Of a DNA stretch of 51,704 nucleotides, positions 1 to 9,062 are shown piece by piece (within the stretch, counting starts at the first letter, position 1; the number at the start of each line of letters is the position of its first letter). Below the pieces are notes generated by a model. It was given only the letters and a program-made list of their open reading frames with translations, was not told the DNA's origin and did no database searches. Source of the DNA: a bacterium (GTDB lineage: Bacteria > Electryoneota > Electryoneia > Electryoneales > Electryoneaceae); assembly GCA_043801585.1 (NCBI GenBank), contig JAZDLX010000161.1, positions 1 through 51,704 on the forward strand, in the 5' to 3' direction. The translations under genes and the position numbers were made by a program.

Positions 1-11
1 TGACTGCTGAA

Positions 12-489
12 TCAGTGGTCAATAGACTCCGTCGCAGTGGAGTCGGGGGCGGATTCTTCGTTTTGTTCCTGAGCCGCAGCGCCCTCTTCGTGGGAGTTTT
101 TCTTCAACGGCATTCCGTTATCCCCATAAATCTCCGCGCGCGCCCGTATCGGCCTGGCTTCCTCCGCATGGAAATCGCCCCTGTCCATCGTATCGAACAG
201 CGTAAGGATGATAAAGATGCTAAGAAAGACCAGCGCTCCCGCAAAAAAAAAAACTTCCATAGAGCTTGCTGTCGTGCAGCAGGTGCATGAAGAAGAGGGC
301 AACGAAAACGGCCTTGGTGATTGCGATGAGCATCGCCACGACCAGGTTCCAAGAACCGAAGTTTATCCGTGACACGGTCACAGTGATGATGGTCAGCACA
401 ATCAATGCCGCCGCAACCTTCAGGTAGGTGGAAACCGGCGCGATGTGTCCGCCCTGGACATCCGTGTCTTGCGTGTGTTCGCTCATCAT
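12..489 (-). pseudogene. Cytochrome c oxidase subunit IV (caa3-type CtaF family), frameshifted
   Basis: ORF 220..489 reads YLKVAAALIVLTIITVTVS...NLVVAMLIAITKAVFVALFFMHL, typical of subunit IV. It continues in another frame (ORF 12..302, AGALVFLSIFIILTLFD...). Removing one base from the A11 run at 243-253 joins the two frames. Confidence 0.8.
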
Positions 490-490
490 T

Positions 491-937
491 TCACCCTACC
501 AGATAAAGCAACGGGAACAGGAAAATCCAGATGATGTCCACGAGGTGCCAGTCGAGGCCGGTCACCTCGACCGGGTTGTAGTAATGTGCGCCGAAACGGC
601 CCTGGCGGGTCCACAGGATCATCCACAGAATGACACCCATCCCGATCAGCACGTGAATACCATGCAACCCTGTCATCATGAAGTAGATGCTGAAGAAGAC
701 GTGGGGGTTGGTTCCCTCGATGCCAGTGTAGGTGTAGTATCTCCCGGGAAGTTAACCGAGGTGTAACTTATGGGCGTACTCGTGGTACTTGATGAACATG
801 AACGTCGCCGCGAGCAGCATGGTCGCCCAGAGATACCGCTCCGCCGGTTTGGGCCGATCCAACCTGCAACGACCGAATCGCCAGCGCAATGGTCAGCGAG
901 CTGGTGATCAGCACGATGGTGTTGAGCGCACCCATTC
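491..937 (-). pseudogene. Cytochrome c oxidase subunit III, 5'-truncated and disrupted
   Basis: Pieces read MGALNTIVLITSSLTIALAIR, then (after a +1 frameshift near 862) RYLWATMLLAATFMFIKYHEY, then an in-frame TAA at 752-754, then FFSIYFMMTGLHGIHV...GLDWHLVDIIWIFLFPLLYL. The usual GLYWH motif reads GLDWH and the N-terminus is absent. Confidence 0.85.
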
Positions 938-1277
938 GATCGGCTTGCTGGTGTCCCAGCTTTCGCAGACCGGAAGCAGGTTCGGGTTGTCGAGACCCAC
1001 CTGTTTGTGGCTGCTCATGCAGGTCTGGGTGGGAGGAACGTTGGCGTGACGACTTTGTTCGACCTGGCTGTGGCAGTAACGGCAATTCATCCCAAGGTCG
1101 CCGGCGTGGAGCTTGTGGCTGTACTTGACGGGCTTGCAGGGGGCGGTAACCGACGTCGGTGAACTCAGGTGATCCCCAGTACCAGAAAAAGAAAACGACG
1201 AACGCGATTCCGAATACAAACGTCCCAGCGATCACTGGAAGGAATCGGTCCATCTTCCGCGAGAAAATCTATGCCAA
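926..1277 (-). pseudogene. actA: Alternative complex III multiheme cytochrome c subunit (ActA), 5' fragment
   Basis: TTG start at 1277 reads M-A-stop(TAG 1269-1271)-IFSRK. A TM helix and WYWGSPEFTDVGYRPLQ follow. After a +1 frameshift it reads PVKYSHKLHAGDLGMNCRYCH...PPTQTCMSSH...ESWDTSKPIEWVR. The second heme motif is broken (CMSSH) and the gene stops at EWVR. Confidence 0.8.
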
Positions 1278-1631
1278 GGTCTTGTTCCCTTGCTTCGGTC
1301 GCCGGGCGGGAATATAAATCCGCGTGTCCCGGTTCCGTACTGTTGTTGGTAAGTGACCCGCGCCACACCCCACTTGGGCTCGGAGGGTTCTGGCAGGTCA
1401 GCGGTGGGTTTTGAACGGATGGAGCAAACGACGCTGACCAACAGGTTCTGCGTTCTCAATTCTCAAGAAAAATGACAGTTATGAAAATGTTCGGGGTGCT
1501 TAACGATTGCAGGCTGCAAAGGCCAGACAGCCAATGCGGTGAAAGCCTCCTCACAATCAGACGGCCCTGAACTCCCTCGTAAACGGCGAAGTTTAGCAAC
1601 CCTAACTATCTCACGCAACCCAAAACACCAC

Positions 1632-1667
1632 AAGAGAAGAGAATGGCGCCGCAACAATCGCGGCGCC
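1632..1667 (-). terminator. Probable intrinsic terminator downstream of the S9 peptidase
   Basis: Minus strand shows an 8-bp stem, GGCGCCGC-gattgtt-GCGGCGCC, followed by pyrimidine-rich ATTCTCTTCTCTT. Confidence 0.5.
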
Positions 1668-1706
1668 TGTTCTTCATACAACACAAAGAAAGTGTCAGAA
1701 AAACAG

Positions 1707-4307
1707 CTACTTCTTCATCTCGTCCTTCATCCGCCAGTTCCAGGCGCCGGAACGGTCGCGCAACACCTTGTCAAACCATTCGACCCGTATCAGGCGGCTC
1801 TGCAGGTAGGTGTGGCGGCTGTGTGCAGCCAGGCCATGATCCTCGTCCGGCCAATGGAGGAACCAGACGTTCCGGTTGAGGATCTCCAGCGCGGTGTACA
1901 ACTGGTAGGTGTTGCTGGGTGGGACATTGTTGTCCGCGTCGCCGTGGGTGATCAGGAGCGGGACTGTGATGTTGTCGGCCCGGTACACCGGCGACCAGAG
2001 GATATACTTGTCGGTGGCGTTCCACGGCCAGGAGCCGGCGGCGGCCATGTCGTTGTAGAGGAATCCCCAATCTCCTTCGCCCCAGTACTCCGCCATGTCG
2101 TAGATGCCGGCGTGAGCCGCGCCGGTGGCATAGGGGTAGAAGTCGGGGTCGTCCTTCGGCATCGCCAGCAGGTAGACGGTCAGGTAGCCGCCGTAGGAAC
2201 CGCTTGTCGGAGCGACACGTGTGCTGTCGACGCCGGGGACATGCGCCACAATGTTCCGGACTCCCTGGTTGATATCACGGCTGGACAGCGTGCCCCAGTC
2301 GTTCGGGTGGGTGTTCGCGAACTCGTGGCCGTACCCGGCAGCGCCGCGAGGCACGGGAATATAGACGAAGTAGCCGCGGGTCGCGTAGAACTCCGAATTC
2401 CATTCCCATCCGTCGCCAAACCCGATCACTCCGCCGTAAAAATCGACGATCATCGGATAGGATTTCGTGGCGTCATAGTCCTGCGGATAGAAGAGGTAGC
2501 CTGGAATGGTGACTCCGTCGCTGTTGACGTAGTCGTAATCCACGACCTTCGCCGGGGGGCCAATCAACCGGCGGAATTCCGAAGAGAGCGTGATCAGTTT
2601 CGAGCCTTTGCCACTTCGTCCGTCGCCGACCCAGACGTCCGGGACATCGTTCAGCACATCTCCCTGGTAGGCGATGGTGCGCACGCCCCTTGCCGTCGCA
2701 AAGGCCATCTGTTGAGCGCCGGGCGTCGTCATCGAATGCGTAGTGAAGGTGTTTTTCACGGGATCGTATTCGCCGGATAGAGCCTTCTTGTTGTAAACGC
2801 AGTCGAAGAGGATGACGCCGTCACCGTGCCAGACCATCTCGCCGTCGCCGCCGGTTCCGTAGTAGAACATGCTGATGGCGGGCTCGAAATCCATGGCAAC
2901 ATTCCTCGCGGTGCCGCTCGCAACGTCCAACAGCCAGAGGTCGCCGTCGGCGTCGTTGATCGCAGGATAGGTGTTGTCGTTGCCGGAGACGGGGTAGCGT
3001 CCGGCGACGAAGGCAATCGTCCGTCCGTCCGGGCTGACCGCAAACGAGGTGTTCCCGTCGCGCTGGAAGCGTTCGGTGTAAAGGCTGGTGGTTTCACCCG
3101 TTGCGAGGTCGACACGGAGGAATTCCGTTTTCTCGTAGGGGCGTTCGTTTGTCGGCAAGGTGCGCATGAGGATCAGCGACTTGCCGTCCGCTGTCACCCG
3201 GTAGCCGTCCGGACCGTATCGTCCCTCCCAGACCGGCGCATCAACATTCCCCTGCAGACCGAGCCATCGGATCTGGCTGTGGTCCCGCCAGTCCGGCCAA
3301 CGATCCATCAAATTCCACATCACCTTGTAGGGCTTTTCGTTTTCCGGGGCTGCGATTTTCCTGACATAGAAGAGCCCGCTGCCGTCCGCCGACCACGAGA
3401 ACATCGTCGCGTCTTCCAGTCCCCTGACAACCGGGGTCAACGAGCCGTCTGACGGGCTGAAGAGAAGCAAGTCCGAGCCTTTTTCCTCCGCCGGCACCTC
3501 GACGAGCAGTTTACTCCCATCCGGGGACCAGCGCACCGATGTGATACCGTTGCTTCCTCGATACTCCCAAACCAACTGTTTCTTCCGTGTATCCCACACC
3601 TGGAGCTGCGAAATCCTTGTATCTGTCTCGCGATCCCACGATTGAAGGATGGTGGCCAGCATCCTGCCATCAGCGCTGATCTCGAGGTCTTCCACGGTTT
3701 CCCGCAGGTAATAATCCCAGATATCGAAAGGGTGGCGCGGATCGAGGGTTACCGCCGGGGCAACCGCGCCGCTGTCCGGCGTCCAGGTGACCGTCAGGGC
3801 GCTTCCCTCGCCGGTTCCATCCGACGCCATTACCATCAGGAGTCGGCGTTTGCCCTGGTCGAGAGTCGTGTCCGCGTTCATTGTTGCGCTCGAATCGACA
3901 GCCTCCTTGCGCACCATCACCTCGTTTCCTTCGAGCCACATGTGGAAGGGTGACTCTCCTGTGACGGTAAAGGTGCCATGTTGCCAGACGGGCACCTCCA
4001 GATAGGTTGCCGCAACGAGCAGGCTGGCACCTTTCGGCAGTTCGAGTGAGCCCTGTTTCAGGGAATAGGTTTTTTCCGGTGTGAGGTGGATTAGGGTTCC
4101 TTTTTCGGGCCAGAAGGTCGTCACATCCACGGGCGGAGAATCGAGAATTCGTTCAGCCACCCCTCCACCCAGCTCTTTTTCCACAGCAACGGTGAACATC
4201 TGAGGTCCGGCAACCAGCCACTTATCGATCTCGATTTGTGCGTTGGCGAAACCGTGCGCAAGAAAAAACAGCAACAGCATGGATGGAATAGCGAAGGTGC
4301 GTTTCAT
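1707..4307 (-). CDS. Secreted S9 family serine peptidase (prolyl oligopeptidase/acylaminoacyl peptidase type) with beta-propeller
   Basis: Signal peptide MKRTFAIPSMLLLFFLAHGFANA with GGAG upstream of ATG 4307. WSPDG/VSPDG propeller repeats. Catalytic triad motifs SGSYGG, HGDADNNV and DEDHGL. Confidence 0.9.
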   Translation of the reverse strand: MKRTFAIPSMLLLFFLAHGFANAQIEIDKWLVAGPQMFTVAVEKELGGGVAERILDSPPVDVTTFWPEKGTLIHLTPEKTYSLKQGSLELPKGASLLVAATYLEVPVWQHGTFTVTGESPFHMWLEGNEVMVRKEAVDSSATMNADTTLDQGKRRLLMVMASDGTGEGSALTVTWTPDSGAVAPAVTLDPRHPFDIWDYYLRETVEDLEISADGRMLATILQSWDRETDTRISQLQVWDTRKKQLVWEYRGSNGITSVRWSPDGSKLLVEVPAEEKGSDLLLFSPSDGSLTPVVRGLEDATMFSWSADGSGLFYVRKIAAPENEKPYKVMWNLMDRWPDWRDHSQIRWLGLQGNVDAPVWEGRYGPDGYRVTADGKSLILMRTLPTNERPYEKTEFLRVDLATGETTSLYTERFQRDGNTSFAVSPDGRTIAFVAGRYPVSGNDNTYPAINDADGDLWLLDVASGTARNVAMDFEPAISMFYYGTGGDGEMVWHGDGVILFDCVYNKKALSGEYDPVKNTFTTHSMTTPGAQQMAFATARGVRTIAYQGDVLNDVPDVWVGDGRSGKGSKLITLSSEFRRLIGPPAKVVDYDYVNSDGVTIPGYLFYPQDYDATKSYPMIVDFYGGVIGFGDGWEWNSEFYATRGYFVYIPVPRGAAGYGHEFANTHPNDWGTLSSRDINQGVRNIVAHVPGVDSTRVAPTSGSYGGYLTVYLLAMPKDDPDFYPYATGAAHAGIYDMAEYWGEGDWGFLYNDMAAAGSWPWNATDKYILWSPVYRADNITVPLLITHGDADNNVPPSNTYQLYTALEILNRNVWFLHWPDEDHGLAAHSRHTYLQSRLIRVEWFDKVLRDRSGAWNWRMKDEMKK

Positions 4308-4434
4308 CTGTATCTCCGCAACTATTGAACTGGTGACACCCTCCCATTGGTTCAGGGTGAAGTTAGCCCTCCAAGTCCGAAAGTGCACCTCCGGCACCGG
4401 CCTCCGCCCGGAGAGGTGTTTCAGCACGCAGTCG

Positions 4435-4463
4435 TTCAGAGAGGCTCCGCGAAATGCTATATT
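4435..4463 (+). promoter_or_regulatory. Candidate sigma70 promoter for the 4503 gene
   Basis: TTCAGA-17 nt-TATATT with an extended -10 TG at 4455-4456. Confidence 0.35.
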
Positions 4464-4502
4464 TCCGAAACGGAGTTACAGCCTTGCAAGGGGGTAAGGA
4501 TT

Positions 4503-4913
4503 ATGACCCGGTTTGACGATCCTCGACAGGACGAGTTCGGGGAGGGGACCCACGAGGGGGACGGGTACGATTTCGATGGAACAACGTCCCAAACGCCGTG
4601 GAACCGCATTCGCAACACCGCAGACCGCCTCGTCTCCCGCACTCTCGATGTCGCCGGAGATATTGCACAACGCGGATTTATCGAGGTGGAGGTTGCCAGC
4701 CTGCGTGTCCGTCTGAAAACGCTCTACGCACGTCTTGGCGAACTCGTCTTTCGGAAAAAAATCGCCGAGGAGGGCGAAGACATCCTCAGCGATCCCGAGG
4801 TGGTTGGCCTTTTTGACCAGATTCAGGCGACCCACAGCGAGATTGCCTCGGAACGGCATCGGCTCGGGCGGCTGAAGGAAATGGCCCGCCGGGACGAAAC
4901 CGCCGGGGCGTGA
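4503..4913 (+). CDS. Hypothetical helical/coiled-coil protein
   Basis: TAAGGA RBS before ATG 4503. Acidic N-terminus, then heptad-like helices (EVASLRVRLKTLYARLGELVF). A hairpin plus T-run follows. Confidence 0.7.
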   Translation: MTRFDDPRQDEFGEGTHEGDGYDFDGTTSQTPWNRIRNTADRLVSRTLDVAGDIAQRGFIEVEVASLRVRLKTLYARLGELVFRKKIAEEGEDILSDPEVVGLFDQIQATHSEIASERHRLGRLKEMARRDETAGA

Positions 4914-4975
4914 CGCGGATCCGGGCAACTGAACTGTGCGTTCGGTTAAATGCGTTGGAGTATAAAACAACAGTC

Positions 4976-5149
4976 TTGTAGGCCGGGTCTCCGAACCCGG
5001 CTTTTTCTATTTGTCCTGGCTGATAGCATTCCCGGCTTGCGGGGTAACCGGGCCACACTCGTATCTTGGGAACGCTCACAACGAGAGATTCTTCACTGCG
5101 TTCAGAATGACATACAAAGAAAGCCGGGTTCGGTGACCCCGGCCTACAA
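4976..5149. repeat. REP-like palindromic repeat cluster (inverted pair of GTAG-type units)
   Basis: 4976-5004 TTGTAGGCCGGGTCTCCGAACCCGGCTTT nearly matches the reverse complement of 5120-5149 (TTGTAGGCCGGGGTCACCGAACCCGGCTTT). Each unit is a hairpin ending in T's, so it probably also terminates the convergent flanking genes. Confidence 0.65.
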
Positions 5150-5263
5150 AACTTTGGAGATCACCGCGTGCCGAACCGTCGGCACTGGTGATGACACCAG
5201 CAAAATTCCCAGGCAGTTTGACAGATTACGGCTTTTCTAAATTGTCTGGAAAATCTCGTGCGT

Positions 5264-6223
5264 TCAAGCCGTTTCAAAAACGCCGAATTTGGCGTACTTG
5301 TCGATGCGGTTTTCCACGAGAGTGTCGGGGTCAAGCCCGTCAAGTTCGGAGAGATTCCTAAGGAACGCCTCCTTCAGGTTCGACGCGGTGACGTTCCAGT
5401 CCCGGTGCGCTCCGCCGAAAGGCTCCGGAATGATTTCGTCTATCAGTCCCAGGTCCTTGTGGTCACTCGCGGTGAGACGTAGCGCCTCGGCGGCCTTGTT
5501 CGCCAGGGTGGCATCCCGGTAGAGGATGGAGGCGCACCCCTCGGGGGTGATCACCGAGTAAATGGAATTTTCCATCATCAGGATTCTATCCGCGATGCTG
5601 ATCGCCAGCGCCCCTCCGGAGCCGCCTTCGCCGATGACAATGGCGATGACCGGAACACGAAGCTGGGCCATCTCGAAAAGGTTCCGCGCAATCGCCTCGG
5701 CCTGGCCACGCTCCTCGGCTCCCAGCCCCGGGTAAGCTCCGTTGGTGTCAATCAGGGTAAGAATCGGACGACCGAATTTTTCCGCAAGCTTCATCACGCG
5801 AAGCGCTTTGCGGTATCCCTCGGGGTGCGGCATCCCAAAATTCCGATCCAGGTTCTCGCGGGTTGACCGACCCCGTTGATGGCCGATAATCGCTACCTCT
5901 TTGCCCTCTATTTTACCGAGGCCCGCAATGATCGCGTGGTCGTCACGGTACCCCCGGTCCCCGTGCAACTCCTGGAATCGGTCGGCGATCAGATGGATAT
6001 AGTCAAGGGAAAAGGGACGTTTGGGATGACGGGCGAGCTGAACCCGTTGCCAGCGGGAGAGGCTGGAGTACACCTCTTCACGAAGTTTCTGCGCCTTCGC
6101 TTCGAGCTGGGCGATCTCTTCGGAGATGTCCACTTCGCCGCCCTGGGAAAGCTGGCGCATCTCCTCGATCTTGGTTTCCAGCTCCACGATCGGCTTTTCA
6201 AAGTCGAAAACGAGGTCTCTCAT
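5264..6223 (-). CDS. accA: Acetyl-CoA carboxylase carboxyltransferase alpha subunit
   Basis: FDFEKPIVELE, ARHPKRP, FGMPHPEGYRKALR, AEERGQAEAIARNL, GEGGSGGALA. Confidence 0.98.
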   Translation of the reverse strand: MRDLVFDFEKPIVELETKIEEMRQLSQGGEVDISEEIAQLEAKAQKLREEVYSSLSRWQRVQLARHPKRPFSLDYIHLIADRFQELHGDRGYRDDHAIIAGLGKIEGKEVAIIGHQRGRSTRENLDRNFGMPHPEGYRKALRVMKLAEKFGRPILTLIDTNGAYPGLGAEERGQAEAIARNLFEMAQLRVPVIAIVIGEGGSGGALAISIADRILMMENSIYSVITPEGCASILYRDATLANKAAEALRLTASDHKDLGLIDEIIPEPFGGAHRDWNVTASNLKEAFLRNLSELDGLDPDTLVENRIDKYAKFGVFETA

Positions 6224-6476
6224 GCACTCCCCTCAAGGCGTTGCCCCGCGGAAACAACGGAGCAGAAAATAGCGGTTCCTCCCCCCGATAGCAAAGGTCC
6301 CGTATCGACTTGTCAACCTCGAAACGCCCGACCACCAACCTTCAGAATCATGGGTTTCTTGTGGGGCCAGATCGTGACATAACGGAGATAACACCTCCAC
6401 TCCTTCCTTAAGACCTTGGTTTTCAGGCGCCGGTATACTACGTTTCCGAGTGGAATCACGCCCAGGAGGAACAATT

Positions 6477-7400
6477 GTGATCCCCGCCGTCAGCATCATC
6501 ATTCCAGCGACAAACGAGCATGCCACGCTCGAGCGCAGTCTTCCGCTGATCCTTGCCCAGGACTATCCGGATCCCTTCGACATTTTGATCATCGATTCCG
6601 GCTCAACGGACGGCAGCCGTGAATGGTTGACGCAGCTCGCCACGGAGGAGCCGCGCCTCCACCTTTACCTGCAGAAGCCCGGCGATTTCCACCACGCCGG
6701 TACGCGGAATCTTGGCCTTGCGATCACCAAGAGCGAACGGGTCGTCTTCATGGCAGGCGACGCGATGCCCGTGGACGTTAAGTGGCTTGCAAACCTGATC
6801 CGGCCAATGCAGGAAGATGCTCGCATTGCCGGGACATACGGCAGACAGTTGCCGCGCGAGGACGCCGACATATTCAACCGGCTGCGCACCCTCTATAACT
6901 ATCCTGAAACGGGAGTTGTGAAGACGCTTCATGATCCACCGATGACCGCCAAGGAGCGTTTCTTCTTCTCTTCGGTAAACTGCTGTCTCCACAGGAAACG
7001 GATGGGCGAGGCGCGGTTTGACGAGGGAGTGCCGGTCAACGAAGATGTCGCCCTTTCCTGGCAGCTACTCTATTCCGGTTGGAAAATCGCTTACGTTCCG
7101 GAAGCGGCGGTCGTGCACTCGCATAACCGCAGCCCTGTCGAAATCCTTCGCCGTTACTATGACAATGCGGTCACCTACAAGCACATCGGCATTCATCAAT
7201 CCGGCGATCGGACGTTGGCTCATGATGCCGGAGGGTTCGGACATTTTGTGCTGAGGGCGATGCGCGGCAAGTCCGCTAAGGAATGGCAGGAGGTAGGAAC
7301 CGCAATGCTGTTTGGAGCGTTCGGTCTGGCGCTGGGTCGACTTCATCCGATCCTGCCCCGTTTCATCGGGCGCCGGATCAGCATCTATGGGGTGGAATAG
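6477..7400 (+). CDS. Glycosyltransferase family 2 (rhamnosyltransferase-like)
   Basis: AGGAGG RBS before GTG 6477. VSIIIP, IIDSGSTDGS, FHHAGTRNLG, YGRQLPR, EDV and VVHSH motifs. Confidence 0.85.
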   Translation: MIPAVSIIIPATNEHATLERSLPLILAQDYPDPFDILIIDSGSTDGSREWLTQLATEEPRLHLYLQKPGDFHHAGTRNLGLAITKSERVVFMAGDAMPVDVKWLANLIRPMQEDARIAGTYGRQLPREDADIFNRLRTLYNYPETGVVKTLHDPPMTAKERFFFSSVNCCLHRKRMGEARFDEGVPVNEDVALSWQLLYSGWKIAYVPEAAVVHSHNRSPVEILRRYYDNAVTYKHIGIHQSGDRTLAHDAGGFGHFVLRAMRGKSAKEWQEVGTAMLFGAFGLALGRLHPILPRFIGRRISIYGVE

Positions 7401-7412
7401 CCGCAGAAACCT

Positions 7413-8147
7413 TTACTTCAGGAGTCCGAACATTGCCCGGAAGCGAAGCTTCCAGACCATCCAGATCGCCTCGTAAACGATCTTCTTGCTCATTTTCGAC
7501 TGTCCAAGCCTCCGTTCGGTGAACACGATCGGACACTCGATCAGCTTGAACCCTTTCTTCCAGATCTTGAACTTCACTTCGATCTGGAAACTGTAACCGT
7601 TCGAATGTATCCTGTTCAGATCGATGGCGCGGAGTGCGTCGGCACGAATCACCGCGAATCCCGCGGTGAGATCGCAGAACGGCATCCCGGTGGCGAAGCG
7701 GCTGTACACGGAGGCGAAATAGGAGAGAAGCAGCCGTTTCAACGGCCAGTTAACGACGTTGACGCCGTCTACGTACCTGCTTCCGATGACAAAATCCGCC
7801 TCTTCCTCCTCGGCTATCTGCATCATCTGAATGATGTCTTCCGGATTGTGTGAAAGGTCGGCGTCTATCTCCACGACTGCGTCATATCCTTTTTCGAGAG
7901 CCCAGGTGAACCCGGCAACGTAGGCGGTGCCGAGTCCCATTTTACCGGTTCGGCGCAGAAGGTAAATTCGCGGTTCTTTCTTCAACATTTTCTCGACGAT
8001 GTCGCCTGTTCCGTCCGGGCTGGCATCGTCCACGACCAGAACGGCAATCCGGGGATCGTTTGCCAGCACGCGTTCGATTACCGTGACAATGTTCTCTTTT
8101 TCGTTGTATGTGGGAATGATAGCCAGCAGGTTCTTAATCGGTTTCAT
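7413..8147 (-). CDS. Polyprenol monophosphomannose synthase (Ppm1/DPM1-like GT2)
   Basis: IIPTYNEKENI, VVDDASPDGTG, GLGTAYVAGF, DADLSHNP, GSRYV, GYSFQIE, FTERRLGQSKMS. Confidence 0.9.
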   Translation of the reverse strand: MKPIKNLLAIIPTYNEKENIVTVIERVLANDPRIAVLVVDDASPDGTGDIVEKMLKKEPRIYLLRRTGKMGLGTAYVAGFTWALEKGYDAVVEIDADLSHNPEDIIQMMQIAEEEEADFVIGSRYVDGVNVVNWPLKRLLLSYFASVYSRFATGMPFCDLTAGFAVIRADALRAIDLNRIHSNGYSFQIEVKFKIWKKGFKLIECPIVFTERRLGQSKMSKKIVYEAIWMVWKLRFRAMFGLLK

Positions 8148-8156
8148 GATTCCCCG

Positions 8157-9062
8157 TCAGTTGAATGACGCTTCCCGTTCCCTGTATTGTCGCAACGCTC
8201 CTTCAACATCCAGAAACTGGAGTTTAAGCTCTTTTTCCGCCTTATCCACTACCAACCCGCCTTGAAGTGGACGAGGCGCCGGCTGGTCGAGAAGCCTCGT
8301 CAGGGTAGGCTGAATCGGGTCCGGATTCAAACCGTAGGCTTGAGCAATGTGACGTGCAAACTCGAATCGGTTAATAATCTGGCGTCCGGCAACATGGTAC
8401 AGACCTGACTTTTTCAACGAGATCACCTTCCGAATGGCGCGAACCAGATCTCCTACAAACGTGACATTCGACATCTGATCACTGACAACACGAACCTGTT
8501 TGCCTTCGCGCAGTTTCCCCACCAGCCAAGAGACAAAGTTTGGTTTCAGGTACCGTCCCCGACCGAACACTGAAACGGTCCGGATGATCGCCAGGTCGAT
8601 GCCTCCGCCAAGGGCCGCATTTTCCGCGGCAAGTTTACTTTTGCCATAATAGGAAAGCGGATCGGGGCGATCCAGCTCGGAGTAGGGTCCAGCCTCGCCG
8701 TTGAATACGTGGTCGGTGGATAGCAGAATCATCCATGAACCCGTCCGGCGAGCCGCCTCGACGACATTCTCGACGGATCGAACATTCACCTGCCAGCACC
8801 GTTCCCGCGCCACCTCGCAGGTGTTCAGCGAGGTCATCGCCGCCGTATGAACGATCACACCCGGCTGAATCCGGCGAATCAGTTCGATCGTTTCATCCCG
8901 CTCGGTCACGTCCTGGTGGTGGTATTCGTATCCGCGCAAACCGGAGAAAAAGCTGTCCTCGTGCAGGTCGATGCCATCCATCCGTTCCAGGTCGGCACCC
9001 AATCCTTCCACCAGCGCCTGGCCAATGAGACCGTGGCACCCTGTAACGAGTACACGAATCAT
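8157..9062 (-). CDS. dTDP-4-dehydrorhamnose reductase family protein (RmlD/RfbD-like SDR)
   Basis: VLVTGCHGLIG Rossmann motif, STDHVFNG, YYGKSK (YxxxK), APRP. ATG 9062 overlaps the purE stop (TGATG). Confidence 0.85.
   Translation of the reverse strand: MIRVLVTGCHGLIGQALVEGLGADLERMDGIDLHEDSFFSGLRGYEYHHQDVTERDETIELIRRIQPGVIVHTAAMTSLNTCEVARERCWQVNVRSVENVVEAARRTGSWMILLSTDHVFNGEAGPYSELDRPDPLSYYGKSKLAAENAALGGGIDLAIIRTVSVFGRGRYLKPNFVSWLVGKLREGKQVRVVSDQMSNVTFVGDLVRAIRKVISLKKSGLYHVAGRQIINRFEFARHIAQAYGLNPDPIQPTLTRLLDQPAPRPLQGGLVVDKAEKELKLQFLDVEGALRQYREREASFN

Noticed and set aside
752..1271. Stop-codon readthrough or recoding in actA and subunit III
   Set aside because: The stops co-occur with frameshifts, a lost heme Cys and a large deletion, and TAG/TAA end normal genes elsewhere in the window. 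Decay is the simpler explanation.
1478..1556. Possible Rex/FNR/CRP boxes upstream of actA
   Set aside because: Only half-site matches or wrong spacing (TTATGAA-N4-TTCGGGG; GGTGA-N8-TCACA).
1539..2780. 413-aa plus-strand ORF
   Set aside because: Antisense shadow of the S9 peptidase catalytic domain, with no recognisable motifs.
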